Origin: Isurus oxyrinchus
Lineage: Eukaryota
Assembly: GCA_026770705.1 (NCBI GenBank)
Contig: JANJGN010000100.1
Span: 1,612,001-1,676,000 of the forward strand
Direction: 5' to 3'
Length of the DNA stretch: 64,000 nt
A program made the translations under genes and the position numbers. Position 1 is the first letter of the stretch. Every line of letters starts with the position of its first letter. Shown here in pieces: positions 25,271 to 39,404 of this stretch. The notes under the pieces were generated by a model. That model ran no database searches. It was not told where the DNA came from and was given only the letters and a program-made list of their open reading frames with translations.

Positions 25271-27351
25271 ATGAAACAATGTACAAACAATTCAAGGGCT
25301 GACTGACTTCAAGAAATAACTGGGCAAACTGGGAATGTCACCGTTACAACAAGGAGAGTCCCTGGTTTCAGTAAATGACAGAAGGGTGTTGTGGATTATC
25401 TAAAACACTCAACATGAGTCAGCTGTGTGATGGAAAAGCAACATTAATGACAAATAAGGGGATACAGGAGAGAACCAAAGACATCTCATCGATACAAGTT
25501 TCTCCCGTACGTTTGGAGTATTTAGTAGACATTACAGCATTGATCATTACAGAATGAACCGTGGGCCCTTGTTTATAATTTCCATCCTGTACGTTCATGC
25601 CTATGTAGAAATGGTCTGCACCCATACCTGGTTCCTCTGTTATTCACCTCCCACCCCACACCACAAGTGCACTTCCTCTGACCTTCTCAACTTTCTAGCT
25701 CCTTCTCACTGTCTCCCTTTCCATCAAATATCAGCAAATTGTTATAAAAATCAAGGTAACAATAATGTCAAACCTTGTAATCCCGACATTAGCAAGAAGT
25801 CCCCTTATGTCCCCGTTTGACATCTGTCCATTCGACCATACCCTAATCCTTCTGTAAATTAACCATGTCAGTCAGACAAAGCAGAATTATTAACTTGAAG
25901 CATGTATGTATTAATGGCACAAGCCCTCCTTTCAAGGGTTAGGACAGGTTAGGAAGAAGATTCATATTGTCATCATTCAGAACAACCCAGATCTCAAAGA
26001 CAACCTCTTGTTGTATGTGTGGAGGGGGTGTGCTGACTCAGATTTAAATGGGTTAAATGACATCACATTAAAATCTGGAACTCAGATGGGGATATGGATT
26101 TGTGTGCGGTGGGAAGATCTGGATCATTTATTACTCCAGGGAGCCTGCAGATCAGAAGGACAGTATTTCAGAACTGCTCCTGTGATAGCAGCAAACCCGT
26201 AGCTGTCCGTGAAAAAGACTGATGGAAATATTTAAAGTGGAAACCATTGGCATGTTGGAGGATGATGTACACAAGGAATTTGTGTATTATCTAAGGATAA
26301 TAGTGAGGGGAAAGGAATGGATCTGGAAAGCAGCAAACACTTCATGTTTTTCCAGGAGAAGTGGGGCCTGGTTGTATTGATGTCAGGTTTTGCACAGCAC
26401 ACAGTCAGCCTGTGGTTTCACCCTAGATGAAGGGTCTCCGAATCGTACCATTAAAATCACTGTATGTGATTCTCAGGAGCCATGTTGTCTGCTTGGAGAG
26501 GAATGTTTGTGTTACAGCTAATGAGAAGCAGCACAGACAACCACACACAGAGACCCACACACACATTCTCTGTCTGTCTCACACACACTCAGACATCCTC
26601 TACACACCCACACACATTTACACACACTTCCACACTCAGGGACACACCCACACCCATACAAACAGACACATGAGGACACATCCTGTCCTATCAGGTGGAC
26701 AACACCATCCAAAGTGACTAATACTGGGGATAAAGTATTGGTGCCTGTGAAGAACACTAATTTTGGCACATTCAAGTCAACTTCACCCTCCATAGCCTGT
26801 GAGCAGTTTTAACCATCCAATCTCACCCCTTTCTCTGAACATTAAATCTACATTGAACAACATCAGGGACAGAGGCTACAACACAATTAGAACAATGAGC
26901 TGTCTATTGCCAGCTTTCGTGACAGTATGAGGTAGTGTAAATTTCAGAACAACATCCCTGGATAATTACAGCCTCTAATTTCCTCTTGGAATGACTGAAA
27001 ATGTCAATTCCTCTCATGCTGATGGTCTGTTTGAAGAGAGAATTCTGAGACAGATCACATGGAGAAAGAATATAATGTTGTTTTGACTCTGTATCCAATA
27101 TTCCCCTGTGTTTGTTCATTACTGCCCCAATGTCCTGAGACATGTTCCTATGTTCAAAAGGAACTATTTATGTTAGCAATATTAAAAAAGACTCAATACA
27201 CCATGTGTTTAACACAAATCTGATTCATCTGATTGTTATCCAGGATATAAACCCCTATAACTGGGCTGGAGTTTATTAACACCAGCAGAAACAGACCCCA
27301 AAGAACATGGTTCAGACCTGCATGTGATTCACAGCAAAATCCAATCACTTG

Positions 27352-27870
27352 TTAATTGTGAACTTGCTGGTGTTTCAGCAGGTTAGTGACTGAGTGAATC
27401 CCTTCCCACGTTCGGAGCAGCTGAATGGCCTCTCCCCAGTGTGAATTCGCTGGTGTACAGTGAGTTGAGATGACCACCTGAACCCAGTCCCACAGTGAGA
27501 GCACCTGAACAGTCTCTCGCCAGTGTGAATATGTTCATGGTGCATCAGTTCACTAAAACCTTTAAAGCAGTTCTCAAAGTCTGGACACTTCAGAGGTCTC
27601 TCATCAGTGTGAATTTGATGATGTGTCTGTAGGTGGGATGACTGTTCCCACACTCGGAGCAGCTGAAGAAATTCTCGTGTGAACTAGCTGGTGTCTCACA
27701 AGGCTGTTTGAAGGGGTGAATCTTTTCTCACACTTGGAGGAGCTGAATATCCTCCCCTCAGTGTGAGTTTGTTCATGTCTCAGCAGGCTGGATAACTGAG
27801 TCAATCCTTTCCCACACTCCGTACAGGCGAATGGCCTCACCCCAGTGTGAGTGTTCTGTTGTAAGGTGAG
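27352..27870 (-). pseudogene. Zinc-finger pseudogene ZNF-D (5'-truncated, frameshifted)
   Basis: Fingers are split across frames (FACTECGKG..., [10 protein letters not shown]..., [23 protein letters not shown]) with Cys losses. The 5' side is joined to a CR1-like fragment near 27870-28010. Confidence 0.8.
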
Positions 27871-28379
27871 TTCTGATAAATATGTGATCCACCTGTCCTG
27901 CCACCTGTGGACATGGATTCCAAGGTCTTTCACTTCCTCTACCCTCCCAATATTCTCCTGTTTATTGTGTATTCTCCAGCTTTGCTTCCCCTCCCCAAAT
28001 GCATTCGCATGAATTTTCTTTCTGTTTTACAGCTGATTTAATGTTGTTGATTTTGCACCAAAGATTAAATTGGGATTGATAATCAAAGTTAACTATTTAA
28101 CTGCAGAAACAACTTCAGCTGGGAGTCAGTGAATGAAGAGGAAAGATCCCAGACAGCGGTTCTGCAAGGTACACTGCAGGCCCGACAGCTCAGTCAGATC
28201 CACTCTCAGCTCAGGAGAGCTCAACAACTCCACATCCTGTCCAAAGGGGAGTTCTCCTGGTGCAGTGGGACCAACATTCGTGCTTTAACTAACACCACCA
28301 AATAAAACTGGATTAATCAGTTAGTCTGACTGCTGTTTGTGGAATCTTACTGTGCACAAACTGGCTGTCGTGAACAGCA

Positions 28380-29880
28380 ACAACTTGTATAAAACATCCC
28401 AAGGTGCTTCAGAGGAGTTCTGTATTGAAAAGACTGACTAGTCACGTAGGAAGATATTAGGGTCAATGGACAAAGCCGTGATTGAAGAGGCAGATTTTAA
28501 CCAGCATCTTTAATCAGGAGAGAGAGGTGGAGGGGTGGAGAAGTTGAGGGAGAGAATTTCAAAGTTTCACACCTGGGCATGGCCATCAATGGTGGAGTAA
28601 TTAAAGTCGGGGATGCCAAAGAGGCCAGGAGGATGATGCTGAAATCTAGGAGGGTTGTAGGACTGGAGATTAGAGAGATAGAGAGGGATGAGGCCATGGA
28701 GGGATTTGAAACAAGTATGTAATTTTAAAATGGAAACATTGCTTGACCAGAAGCCAATGTGGGTCAATGAGCACAGGGGTGATGGGTGAACGGGATTTGA
28801 GGTGAGAACACACAGGCACAGAGTTTTGGATGATCTCATGATTCCGTGTGGGGACGGGGTGAATGTGAGGGGCCGGCCTGGAATGTATTGGAATCATCAA
28901 GTCTAAAGGTAACACGGACATGGATGAGGGTTTGAGCAGCAGATGAGCTGGGGGTGGGGTGGAGACAGACAGCGTTATGGAGATTGAAATATCTGGTGTT
29001 AATGATGGTGTGGATATGTGGTTAGAAACTCATCTTGAAGTCAAGTAAGACATCGAGATTGTGAACAATGCGCTTCAGCCTCAGACAGTTCCCGGATGGA
29101 GGGTTGGACTCAGTAGTTAGGGAACGGAATTTGTAGTGTTGATCGAAGACAATGGCTTTGATCTTCCCAATTTTTAATTGGAGGAAATTTCTGCTCATCC
29201 AGTATTGATGTGGGATAAGCAGTTTGATAATTTAGTAACAGTGGAGGAATGGAGAGGGGTGGTGGTGAGGGAGAGCTGGGTGTTGTCAGTGCACACGTGA
29301 AAACTAACACGGTGCTTTTGGATGATGTCCCCGGGTGGCAGTATGTAGATGAGATATAGGAGGGGCCAAGGATAGATCCTTGGGGGACACCAAGTACAAG
29401 GACTTTAGAGAGGAAAGGGAGGTTGGAGATGGGGCAGTAGTTTGTTAAGACAATGGGGGATCAGAGATTGTTTTTTTAGGTTGGGTGATGATGCATTGAA
29501 AGGTGAAGAAGGACAGTCCCAGGAGAGAGAGAGAACCATTAATAATATCAGCTACATGGAGAAATTAGATGATTAGCAGTTTAGTGGGAATAGGATCGAT
29601 GGATCAGGAGGTGGGTCTCATGGACAAGATGAACACTGAGAAGGCATCAGGGGAGATGGGAGAGAAACTGGAGGAAGATGTGGGTTCAGGCCTCAGACAA
29701 AGGGGATCTTTAGAGATAGTTTGTCCTGGTGGGCTAGTGGGAGGGAGGGAAGCAGCAGAGGCAGCTTATCAGATTGTCTCAATCTTAGTGATAAAGAAGC
29801 TCCATGAGCTCCTCACACTTGTTGTTGGAGGTGAGGGTGGAGAAGACAGGGGAGAGGGAGAGCCCTTCAACATGAACTAA
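28380..29880 (-). mobile_element. L2-type LINE ORF2 3' portion
   Basis: Minus-strand peptides IQNSV...KSRSPITPVLIDPHWLLVKQ and FKSLHGLIPLYL; a GVPQGSILGPL-type motif at ~29355-29390. Confidence 0.8.
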
Positions 29881-30077
29881 CTTGTGTTAGAGCCTTTAAA
29901 AAGATTCAACACAGTGTATTTCATACAAAGCTGATTTATCTGACTTTATCATATATATTTTTTTAATATTAACATCTATAACTGGGCTGAAATTTACTAA
30001 CATCAGCAGAAACAGACCCAGTGTACATGGTTCAGTCCTGGATGTGACTAACAGGAAAATCCACTCAATGTTCTGAG

Positions 30078-30863
30078 TTACTTGTGAACTTGCTGATGTC
30101 TCAGCAGGCTGGATGACCGAGTGAATCCCTTCCCACACTTGGAGCAGGTGAACGGTCTCTCCCCAGTGTGAATTCGCTGGTGTACAGTGAGTTGAGATGA
30201 TTCCCTGAACCCGGTCCCACAGCGAGAGCACCTGAATGGTCTCTCGTCAGTGTGAACACGTTGATGGGACATCAGGTTCCCGGAACTTTTGTAGCATTTC
30301 CCGCAGTCTGGGCATTTAAAAGGTCTCTCGTCAGTGTGAACTCGCTGGTGTGTCAGCAGATGCGATAACTGAATGAACCCCATCCCACACTGGGAGCAGG
30401 TGAATGGTCTCTCCCCTGTGTGAACTCGCTGGTGTCTCAGCAGGAAGGATGACTCAGTGAATCCCTTCCCACACTGGGAGCAGGTGAACGGTCTCTCTCC
30501 AGTGTGAAGTTGCTGGTGTTGATGCAGTCCTGATGATCGGGTGAACTCCTGCCCACATTCGGGGCAAGTGAATGGTCTCTCCCCTGTGTGAACTCGCTGG
30601 TGTTGTACCAGCCCTGATGATCGCGTAAATCCACTCCCACAATCGGGGCAGGTGAACGGCTTCTCCCCAGTGTGAACTCGCTGGTGTCTCAGCAGGCTGG
30701 ATGATCGAGTAAATCCCTTCCCACATACGAAGCAGGTGAACGGTCTCTCCCCAGTGTGACTGCGTCGATGAGTTTCCAGCTCAGACGGGAATCTGAATCC
30801 CATCCCACAATCCCCACATTTCCACGGTATCTCCCCAGCATGAACGGTGCTTTGTCCGTCCAT
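30078..30863 (-). CDS. Intact C2H2 zinc-finger gene ZNF-E, 9 canonical fingers
   Basis: [19 protein letters not shown]...HQQVHK* with nine complete fingers and TGERP/TDERP linkers; acceptor TCAATTTTACAG near 30946. Confidence 0.88.
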   Translation of the reverse strand: MDGQSTVHAGEIPWKCGDCGMGFRFPSELETHRRSHTGERPFTCFVCGKGFTRSSSLLRHQRVHTGEKPFTCPDCGSGFTRSSGLVQHQRVHTGERPFTCPECGQEFTRSSGLHQHQQLHTGERPFTCSQCGKGFTESSFLLRHQRVHTGERPFTCSQCGMGFIQLSHLLTHQRVHTDERPFKCPDCGKCYKSSGNLMSHQRVHTDERPFRCSRCGTGFRESSQLTVHQRIHTGERPFTCSKCGKGFTRSSSLLRHQQVHK

Positions 30864-31391
30864 GTTCAATGGAGCGACTCCGTCAGATCCTGATGTGATG
30901 TTTGGTTTCAGTTTCCCAATTGCAAATCCTCCCCTTTGAATCCCCTGTAAAATTGATTTAAAGCAGGAAAAAGGTGAGAGAGAACCCACAAAAACACAAA
31001 GGCAGGTTGTGAAATTGAGCTGAATGAATTTGGGAATTTGTGGGGCCGGCACAAGGAAAAAGTGACCATGAAAACTGCTGGATTATCTTAAAAACCCAAC
31101 TGGTTCACTAATGTCCTTCAGGGAAGGTAACCTGCCACCCAGTCTAGGCCTACACAAGACTCTGGGCTCATTAGGAGTATAAGTAGTTGGATCAAGAGAA
31201 GTCCTGACACCCCGTCGAGCCTGCTCCCTCATTCAATATGATCATGGCTGAATTTGGGTTTCAACTGCACTTTCTCGCCCACTCCCCATATCCCTCAACT
31301 CCCTGAGAGACCAAAAATCTCCCCATCTCAGCCAGAAATATATTCAATGATGGAGCATCCACAACTCGCTGGGCTGGAGAATTCAATGTGA

Positions 31392-32045
31392 CAGAGAGAG
31401 AAAGAGAGAGAAGGGGAGTAGGAGAGGCAGAGAGAGAAGGGGAATGGGAGAGGCAGAGAGAGAAAGGAAGTAGGAGAGGCAGGGAGAGAAGGGGAGTTGG
31501 AGAGGCAGAGAGAGAAGGGGAGTGGGAGAGGCAGAGAGGGAAGGGGAGTGGGAGTGAGAGAAAGAAGGGGAGTGGAAGAGGCAGAGAGAGAAGGGGAGTG
31601 GGAGAGGCAGAGAGAGAAGGGGAGTGGGAGTGAGAGAAAGAAGGGGAGTGGAAGAGGCAGAGAGAGAAGGGGAGTGGGAGAGGCAGGGAGAGAAGGGGAG
31701 TGGGATAGGCAGGGAGAAAAGCGGAGAGGGAGAGGCAGAGAGAGAAGGGGAGTGGGAGAGAGAGAGAGAAGGGGAGTGGGAGAGGCAGAGAGAGAAGGGG
31801 AGTGGGAGAAGAGGAAGGAGAAGGGGAGTGGGAGAGAGAGAGAGAAGGGGAGTGGGAGAGGCAGAGAGAGAAGGGGAGTGGGAGAGGCAGGGAGAGAAGG
31901 GGAGTGGGAGAGGCAGAGAGAGAAGAGGAGTGGGAGAGGCAGAGAGAGAAGAGGAGTGGGAGAGGCAGAGAGAGACGGGGAGTGGGAGAGGCAGGGAGAG
32001 AAGGGAAGTGGGAGAGGCAGGGAGAGAAGGCGAGTGGGAAAGGTA
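31392..32045. repeat. Polypurine minisatellite, ~26 bp unit GGGAGTGGGAGAGGCAGAGAGAGAAG
   Basis: About 25 copies read directly; the ORFs over it are low-complexity artefacts. Confidence 0.95.
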
Positions 32046-32199
32046 GGGGGTGAGGAGAGGGTTGTTATAGATCTACAACTAAACCAGAACTTTGACAAAA
32101 CTTCCCAAACCCTCAACCTCCACCCCTAGAAGCACCAGGGTAGCAGGTGTATGTGAACACCATCACCTCCAAGTTCCCCTCCAAGTCACACACCATCTT

Positions 32200-33062
32200 G
32201 GCTTATCTGACATCCAGTACTGGATGTACAAAAATTTTCTCCATTTAAATATTGAGAAGATTGAAGCCATTGTCTTCAGTCCCCACTACAAAATCCACTC
32301 CTTAGACACCGACTCCATCCCTCTACCTGACATCTGTCTGAGACTGAATCAGACTGTTCACAACCATGGTGAAATATTTCACCGCAAGATGAGCTTCCAA
32401 CCACATATCCACATCATCACCAAGACTGCCTATTTCCACCTCAGTAACATCGCCCGACTCCACCCCAGTCTCAGCTCATCTGCTGCTGAAACTCTCATCC
32501 ATTCCTTTGTTACCTCTAGACTTAACTATCCTAACACACTCCCGGCCGGCCTCCCACATTCACCCTCCCTGTAATCTTGAGGTCATCCAAAACTCTGCTG
32601 CCCGTGTCCTTACTCGCACCAGGTCTTGCTCACCCATCACCCCTGTGCTCACTGACCTACAAAGGCTCAGGATAAGAAGCAAAATTTTAAATTTCTCATC
32701 CGTATTTTCAAATCCCTCCAGGGTCTCACCCTCCCTATCTCTGTAATCCAGCCTCACAACCCTCTGAGGTATCTCAGCTCCTCGAATTCCGGCCTCCTGA
32801 GAATTCCTGATTTTAATCGCTCCACCACTGGTGACCATTATTTCATTTGCCTGGGCCACAAGCTCTTGAATTTCCTCCCTAAACTTCTCCACCTCTCTTT
32901 CTCCCCTTTAAGATGCTCCTTAAAACCGACCCATTTGACCAAGCTTTAGGTCACCTGCCCTAATATCTCCTTATGTGGCTCAGTGTCAAACCTTGCTTTG
33001 CAACATTTCTGTGAAATGTCTTGGAACATTGTCTTACATTGAAAGTGTGATATAAATACAAT
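32200..33062 (+). mobile_element. L2 LINE 3' portion
   Basis: LSDIQYWMYKNFLHLNIEKIE...AYFHLSNIARLHPSLSSSAAETLIHSFVTSRLNY, followed by a 3' UTR ending near ATATAAATACA. Confidence 0.85.
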
Positions 33063-34369
33063 AATTTGTCATGTATCACTGTTCCTTCATCATTACAGGG
33101 TGAATAACCTGTAACTCCTTACCTAATAGCATCGTGGGAGCACCTTCACCACACGGATTGCAGTGGTTCAAGAAGGTCAAACATCATCTTCACCACAGGC
33201 AACTGGGGATTACCAATATTTACTGGTATCTATGGAGAGAGAAACAGAGCTAACGTTTCAGGCCATGCAGAATGAATTACAGAGAATAAAAATTATACAG
33301 AATTTGACGGTCAATATAAGCTCAGAAGTGGAAGAGAAATGGACTATAGTGCAGGAAAGACAATTCCTGTCTATGAAAGATGGGAATGTAAAGCTGGGAA
33401 GCCATCAGCACATGGTCAGGGTTGGAGAACGATGGAAACTTCATTTAGACACTATCGGCATAAGTAACAGTAAAATCCTAAATGGAGCTAAAATACACCC
33501 ATTATTAGAGACAGAGGAAGTTAGACAATGGCAGAGAGGTGATCAGGGAGGGCAGAGGTGAAACAGAGAAATGGATGAACATGGATTTAGATCCACAGTA
33601 AAGAAGCCACAACAGCCCTTGAGGCATGAAATCTCTTACAGATAACAGCATAGCACTAACGGTCTCAATTGTAGATGAATGGGCAAAAACATGCAGCTCT
33701 GAAATAAGTTCAGAGTTTGCAATGTTAAACTTTCCTGCTGGTTCCTGCAGCTAGAAAGATATCAGAAGCACTGGAGTCAGAGAAAAATCCCCCAGTTGAG
33801 GAGCGGGATGATGTCACTGTGTAATTGTTGATGCGTGATGATGTCACAGTGTAATTGTCAATGTGTGGTGTTGTCACAGACACGGACACAGATCATCTGG
33901 GTCTGTGCAAACCAGTGATCACCACACATTATGAAGGATGTGGAGGGTCCTTGAGAAGGGGCAGAGGAAATTTACCGGAATGGGTCGAGGGATGAGTGAC
34001 GTTGTAAGGTTAGTTTGGAGAAAGTGGGGTTGTTCTCCTTGGAACAAAGTAGATTGAGGGAAGATTTGATAGAGGTGTAACAGTTTACAATTGGCTTACA
34101 TAACGTAGTTAAAGAAAAGCTGTTCACAGTATCTGATTGTAAAAGGATTACAGGACGACAGATATAAGGGATTACAGATTTAAGATTTGGGGCAAGATCT
34201 ACAGGGAGCATGTGAGGAAAAAATTTTACACAGTGAGTGGCAATGACCTGGAACTCAATGCTTACCCTTTGAGGCCGATAATATCAAGTTCCGATGAATC
34301 AAGTCATTCTGTCAGATCTTAATGTGATGTTTGGTTTTGGTTTCCAATTTGCAAATCCTTGCCATTTAA

Positions 34370-34832
34370 CATACCAGGATGTTGCCTGGGATGAAACTTT
34401 TAAGTTGTGAAGAGAGGTTGGATAGACTTGGGACATTTTCGTTGGAGCAGAGAAGACTGAGGGGTGACCTGATCGAGGTGTACAAGATTATGAAGGGCAT
34501 GGACAGGGTGGATAGGGAGCAGCTGATTCCCTTAGTTGAAGGGTCAGTCACCAGGCAACATATGTTCAAAGTCAGGGGCAGAAGGTTTAGAGGGGATGTG
34601 AGGGAAAACTTTTTTACCCAGAGGGTGGTGACGGTATGGAATGAGCTGCCTGGGAGGGTGGTAGAGGCGGGTTGCCTCACATCCTTTACAAAGTACCTGG
34701 ATGAGCAGTTGGCACGTCATAACGTTCAAGGCAAAGTACTGGTAAATGGCATTAGGTACGTAGGTCAGGTGTTTCTCACATGTCGGTGCAGATTTGATGG
34801 GCCAAAGGGCCTCTTCAGCACTGTGTGATTCT
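34370..34832 (+). mobile_element. 5'-truncated, relatively young CR1 3' end
   Basis: Open frame LPGM..LSCEERLDRLGTFSLEQRRLRGDLIEVYKIMKG...FFTQRVVTVWNELP; tail GTGATTCTGTGA. Confidence 0.9.
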
Positions 34833-35029
34833 GTGAAAAAGGAGTTTACAAACAATCCATTACTGTCAATCCAGGACATAAATTGAGAAGAGACAAACAT
34901 TTCTCTTGGTTTGAGTTTGCTGTGTGTAAATCCTTCCCTTCTAACCTCCTGTAAAAGGAGTTTCCAAAATCCATCCCTGTCAGTCCAGAGTAGAAATTCA
35001 CCAGATTCTCTCCTCCTGCTACCTGGACC

Positions 35030-35430
35030 AGGATGACCGCGCATGCGCCCTGCTGCACATAGCCCCTATAAAGATGGCGGCCGTTACCCTGGGCCTGGCG
35101 CAGAGAGAAAATCAGAATTTTTCGCCCGTTCTCTGCAACCGCAAACCCCGTACCTTGTTAGTTGCGGTCTTCAGCCTGCACTGTGTCTTTATGGAGCCTC
35201 CCTACCCACTCCGCTGGCTCCATTCCTCCTCACACACCCACTGACTCTGTTAGTTTGCTCCGCTCGAAATTCTCCCACCCGCTCTTGAGCGGCTTCGGTC
35301 ACAGATCAGCACTGCGCATGCCCATGAAACGGACCGCAATGCGCATGTGCGGCGAATGCTGTCGTGAAAATAGGGCACATTCCGTCCCGCAGTGAATGCT
35401 GGGTGACCGCTCCGCCATTGAAGGGCGAAA
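35030..35430. promoter_or_regulatory. CpG-rich promoter/first exon of ZNF-E
   Basis: GCGCATGCGC at ~35039, AAGATGGCGGCCG at ~35071, and TGCGCATG at ~35313 and ~35340. Candidate minus-strand donor AAG|GTAC near 35153. Confidence 0.65.
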
Positions 35431-36699
35431 ATGTAGGATATAAACCTCTGTCCTGTAATCAGATATGATGCGTGCCATTGAGGCAAGGCATAAAACTGTT
35501 GATTCAATTGATACAGCGACCAAATTGCTCTGGACTCCACCATTATTCTCTCCTGGGCGCAATGAACAGCAGAACAAACCCCTAGAGTTAGATCTGAACT
35601 CAGTGGAATCTCAGCAGATGGAGAGAGTTGGTGGCTTTTAAACCGTCCTTTGCCAGTAGCAATCCTCTGATTGTGAATCAAATCCTTTGAACCTTTAAAG
35701 ATGGAATGTTAACATGTGGGCAAACTAAATAAAGCCCTTTGTTCACGTGAATGGCCTCCCACCAGTGTCTTGAAGCTATTAATATACATAATATTTTGGA
35801 AAATACTTTCCTGTTAAAATAAAGGTTTAGTCTGTGGATGTGTCTTATTTGGATTAAGGCCAGCTAGCCTGGGTGCTTTGATCTGTGCTAGTTTTGAGAT
35901 GTAAGAGAAATAACATGCATTTGCATTTTTAATAGCATTCAAAAAGTATGGTGAAAACAGACACCTACCTAGCAGCTACCAAGCAGTATATTTATATTTT
36001 TAATAAAACTGGTGTTATGAAAGGGCTTTCATTGTTAAAAGGTGGTGTTCAAAGAGGCTGGTGGGAAAATGAGAATTTGCATTCAATCAGTGATAGTAGG
36101 TGTAACAAGACAACTATTTTGGGTGTACAGAACAGAGGCAACGTCAGATCAAAAGGTAGATGCAAGCCTCTAATTGAGGAACAAATGAAAAGAACCTCAT
36201 TTTGAATTTGTACAGTTAAAGTGCTTTGCCTAGTGTTTGGTTAAGTCTATGGGTTGCTGCTGCCTTAATGGAGATTAGTTTGGGAATTTGTTAAAAGTTC
36301 TGAGAGTAATAATTTGTAGCCATGTGTATATATATTTTAATCTGTTGTAAATTAATAAAATGTTTCATTTTGTTTAATTTAAAACTTGGAGAGCTGGTGG
36401 ACTGATTCCTGAATTTAGGGTCACATCTCAAACATAACACATAAAATGATAGGTTGTGACAGTTGTTTAAGGTTTCCCTCTGGGAATTTTAAATAACTCC
36501 ACTTTACCAACTGCATCAGTCACTGCATCACTCGGCAAGACTGTGTTGCTGTGTCAGTAATTGGGATGATAGGGCAAATCCCTTTCCATTTCCACCTGGT
36601 GAACAATCTGTTTACAGTGTGAGCTTACCTGCACGTTTTCAGCTCAGACATGGATCTCGAAATCTGCTGGTAATGGGTTCCACATCCTTAATGCTCCAA

Positions 36700-37070
36700 A
36701 AGAACATGGATTTGGAGTAGGCCATTAGGCCCCTCAAGCCTGTTCCATCATTTGATAAGATCATGGCTGACCTGACAGTAACCTGAAATCTGTACCCCGT
36801 CTACCCCAGATAACCTATCAACCCCCTGCTTACCAAGAATATATCCATCTCTGTCTTAAAAATATTCAAAGACTCTGCTTCCATAGTCTTTTCAGGAAGA
36901 GAGTTCCAAAGACTCACGACTCTCTGAGAGAAAAAAAAAACTTTGCCTCTCTGTTTTAAATGAGTGACCGCTTATTTTTAAACAGTGACCCCTAGTTCTA
37001 GATTCTCCCACAAGAGGTAACATCCTCTCAACATCCACCCTGCTAGGTACGCTCAGAATCTTATGTGTTT
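36700..37070 (-). mobile_element. CR1 3'-end fragment
   Basis: Minus strand gives DVERMLPLVGESRTRGHCLKI, matching 4390-4460. Confidence 0.85.
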
Positions 37071-38377
37071 CACTAATCAGGTAAAGAAAAGCAACACATT
37101 GCAGATGCTGGTCATTTGAAATAAAAGCAGAAAATACTGGAATTCTCAGCAGACCTGGTAGCCTCTGTGGAGAGATAAACATAGATTTCATTTCAGGTCT
37201 GTAATCTTTCATTGGGACTGCATTACATCTGAACTATAAGTTATGCCTCTCACATCAAAGATGCTGCCAGATGAGGTCAGGGAACTCAAGGAGAAGGGCG
37301 CTGTGGTACCTTTAAAATCTTGCTCCTTTCAAAAAGGAAAAACAAAACACCATCTAATCACTGCAAGGCAGACATTCACCATTAAAAGCAACTGGCAGGC
37401 ATCAAATTCAAAGCACTTTCATGTCACATCTCTTTTTGCTTCTGTCCCTGTCTTGTGTCCAGCTCCCGGGTCAATTAGCTGCTTGATGCAGACAGAATCA
37501 GTTCATGGGAATGTAAAACACAAGGCGATAAGTTTGCAGACAACAGGATAAAGCGACACCAGGATCTCATCTTCCTGATCCTCCCAGATTCTGATCCTCC
37601 CAGATTCTGATTACAGGAATGTCCACAGTGCCGATTATCCACAGTCACACTCTCCTTCTCGTCCATTTGTACGTTATACGAGCACGTTCTAGTACGTTGT
37701 TCAGCTTTGAAATTGTTCATATTTTCACACTGGGTTTCTATGTGAAGGAAGCAAAGCTGTGATAAGCTTATATTTGTTCAGCAGATGTACTGCAAGAAGG
37801 TACATAACAGGCTGATGGTAACAGTGCTCTTTGGACGCGGTGAGCTCCAGTGAAGGATTGGTACCATTAATGTGTCATTCAATTAGTCTCGTGACAAACC
37901 TGGTACTAGAAATGACAAGAAAACTCGTTGAGTTTTCTCCGTGTTTTGGTTTATTAAGAGCTGAATACAATGTAAGAAAGTACATCTCGCTCCAGTGGGC
38001 TATAAAATGGCAGAATGACCCGGGCTGTTGGGAAACATAAAATTATAAAAAGTTAGAGCAAGGAAAGAGCAGTTTTGATTGGTTGATTGGTCAGGAGTGA
38101 ACGCTGTGCCAGTACAAACAGTAAGGAGCAACATTTGTCCTTCTCCCACCCATATTTGGCCTTGCGCCACAATCTCTCATCAGTGCTTTGCAACCAGCCC
38201 TCCTTTTACAGTCATTCGCTCACTCCGCCTCTGTGTTCTCCACTTGTTCCAAGTGTGATTTTTCCAGCTCTGAGGCGATACTCTCACTCTTCTGCTTCCG
38301 GAAGAGCTGCTAAATGTTTTCAATCAATAAGTAATCAACACTTGTTTAAACAATTTCTCGAGATCCACAAACTTTTT

Positions 38378-38449
38378 GTCCCTGAATAGCAATCAAACCC
38401 GGGCCGTGGCAGTGAAATCGCCGAATCCTGACCACTAGATCACCAGGGA
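38378..38449 (-). pseudogene. tRNA-Glu(TTC) pseudogene
   Basis: Reverse complement TCCCTGGTGATCTAGTGGTCAGGATTCGGCGATTTCACTGCCACGGCCCGGGTTTGATTGCTATTCAGGGAC; 72 nt with a mutated T-arm/B-box. Confidence 0.85.
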
Positions 38450-38576
38450 ATCTGCCAGTTTGTTTCTGGAGTTGGCTTATCTACTCTCCGCTGCTTTGGC
38501 CTCTTTTTGTCCAACGGGTCGGAAATAAAAATAAAAGGCACAGGTAACATGGATAAGTCAGATTGTAAGGCTCGTG

Positions 38577-38650
38577 TGCAGCTTCCCTAGTGGTTCAGAT
38601 TCGCCGCTTTCACTGGGCCATGGGCTGGGTTCGATTCCAGGTCAGCGAAT
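38577..38650 (+). pseudogene. tRNA-Glu(TTC) pseudogene, divergent from the previous copy
   Basis: CTAGTGGTTCAGATTCGCCGCTTTCAC...GGGTTCGATTCCAGGTCAGCGAA; acceptor stem degenerate. Confidence 0.75.
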
Positions 38651-39404
38651 GATAATTTATTGACCTCGTGCAAGCTATTAAAGTGAGTGTGGATAATTTC
38701 CTGATTAAAACGAGAAATGCAGACCACCTTTGCCACAATCAGTGGTGTGAAAGTGCAAGTTTTGCATCAGAGTTGGAAATGTCATCCGGTCGCAACGGCT
38801 CGAGAACAAAGACAGAGGTGAAGATCGGGAATGAGAGAAGGGCTGTGATAGGTTGCAAAGCACTGACTATAGCGATGGTGATGCAAGACAAAATATAGTG
38901 GTAATAGGGGAGATTTTACTGTTTACACCGATACAAATATCTCCCAGATCTGGTTCCAAATCCCGTGTTAAATGAAGAGAAAACTTCTCGCTAAATCTTC
39001 CACTTCATAGCTGCACCTCCTTCCAAACATTGCAAACTCCTCCTGCACCTTCCATCCTGATATTATTCTCTGTAACATTTTGATATGAAACTGCACAACT
39101 AATGTGAATAAAGTATGTGACGGTAAAAATGTGTTCACCTCTTCGGGAAACTGAACCACATTGACACACACAGAGGAACAGACACAGACATATATACCGA
39201 GAGTGACAGAGGACAAGGGTTTGTCTCTAAGGAGAGACAAACAAGCAGAAAGCAAGTATAACACCAACCTGGCTCTGTTTTTGTCCCACTACGACTCCAG
39301 GTTTCGTGAACGAACAGAAATAGGAAAATCCCATTGGATGCTTTAGTGCTTGGATGGATTTGATTGAATCTAACCGATAATTAACTCTGTCGGTAAAGAG
39401 TTAA

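Noticed and set aside
31328-32129. ORFs of 210-262 aa
   Set aside because: Low-complexity translations of the polypurine minisatellite.
33808-33885. CACTGTG...CACAGTG pair resembling a D segment
   Set aside because: It is part of a 30-bp triple repeat, and neither heptamer has a nonamer at 12 or 22/23 bp.
35915-36085. Two ATTTGCAT octamers as an Ig promoter
   Set aside because: No leader or V follows; the region looks like an AT-rich repeat (possibly an LTR, unverified) and the motif is expected by chance.
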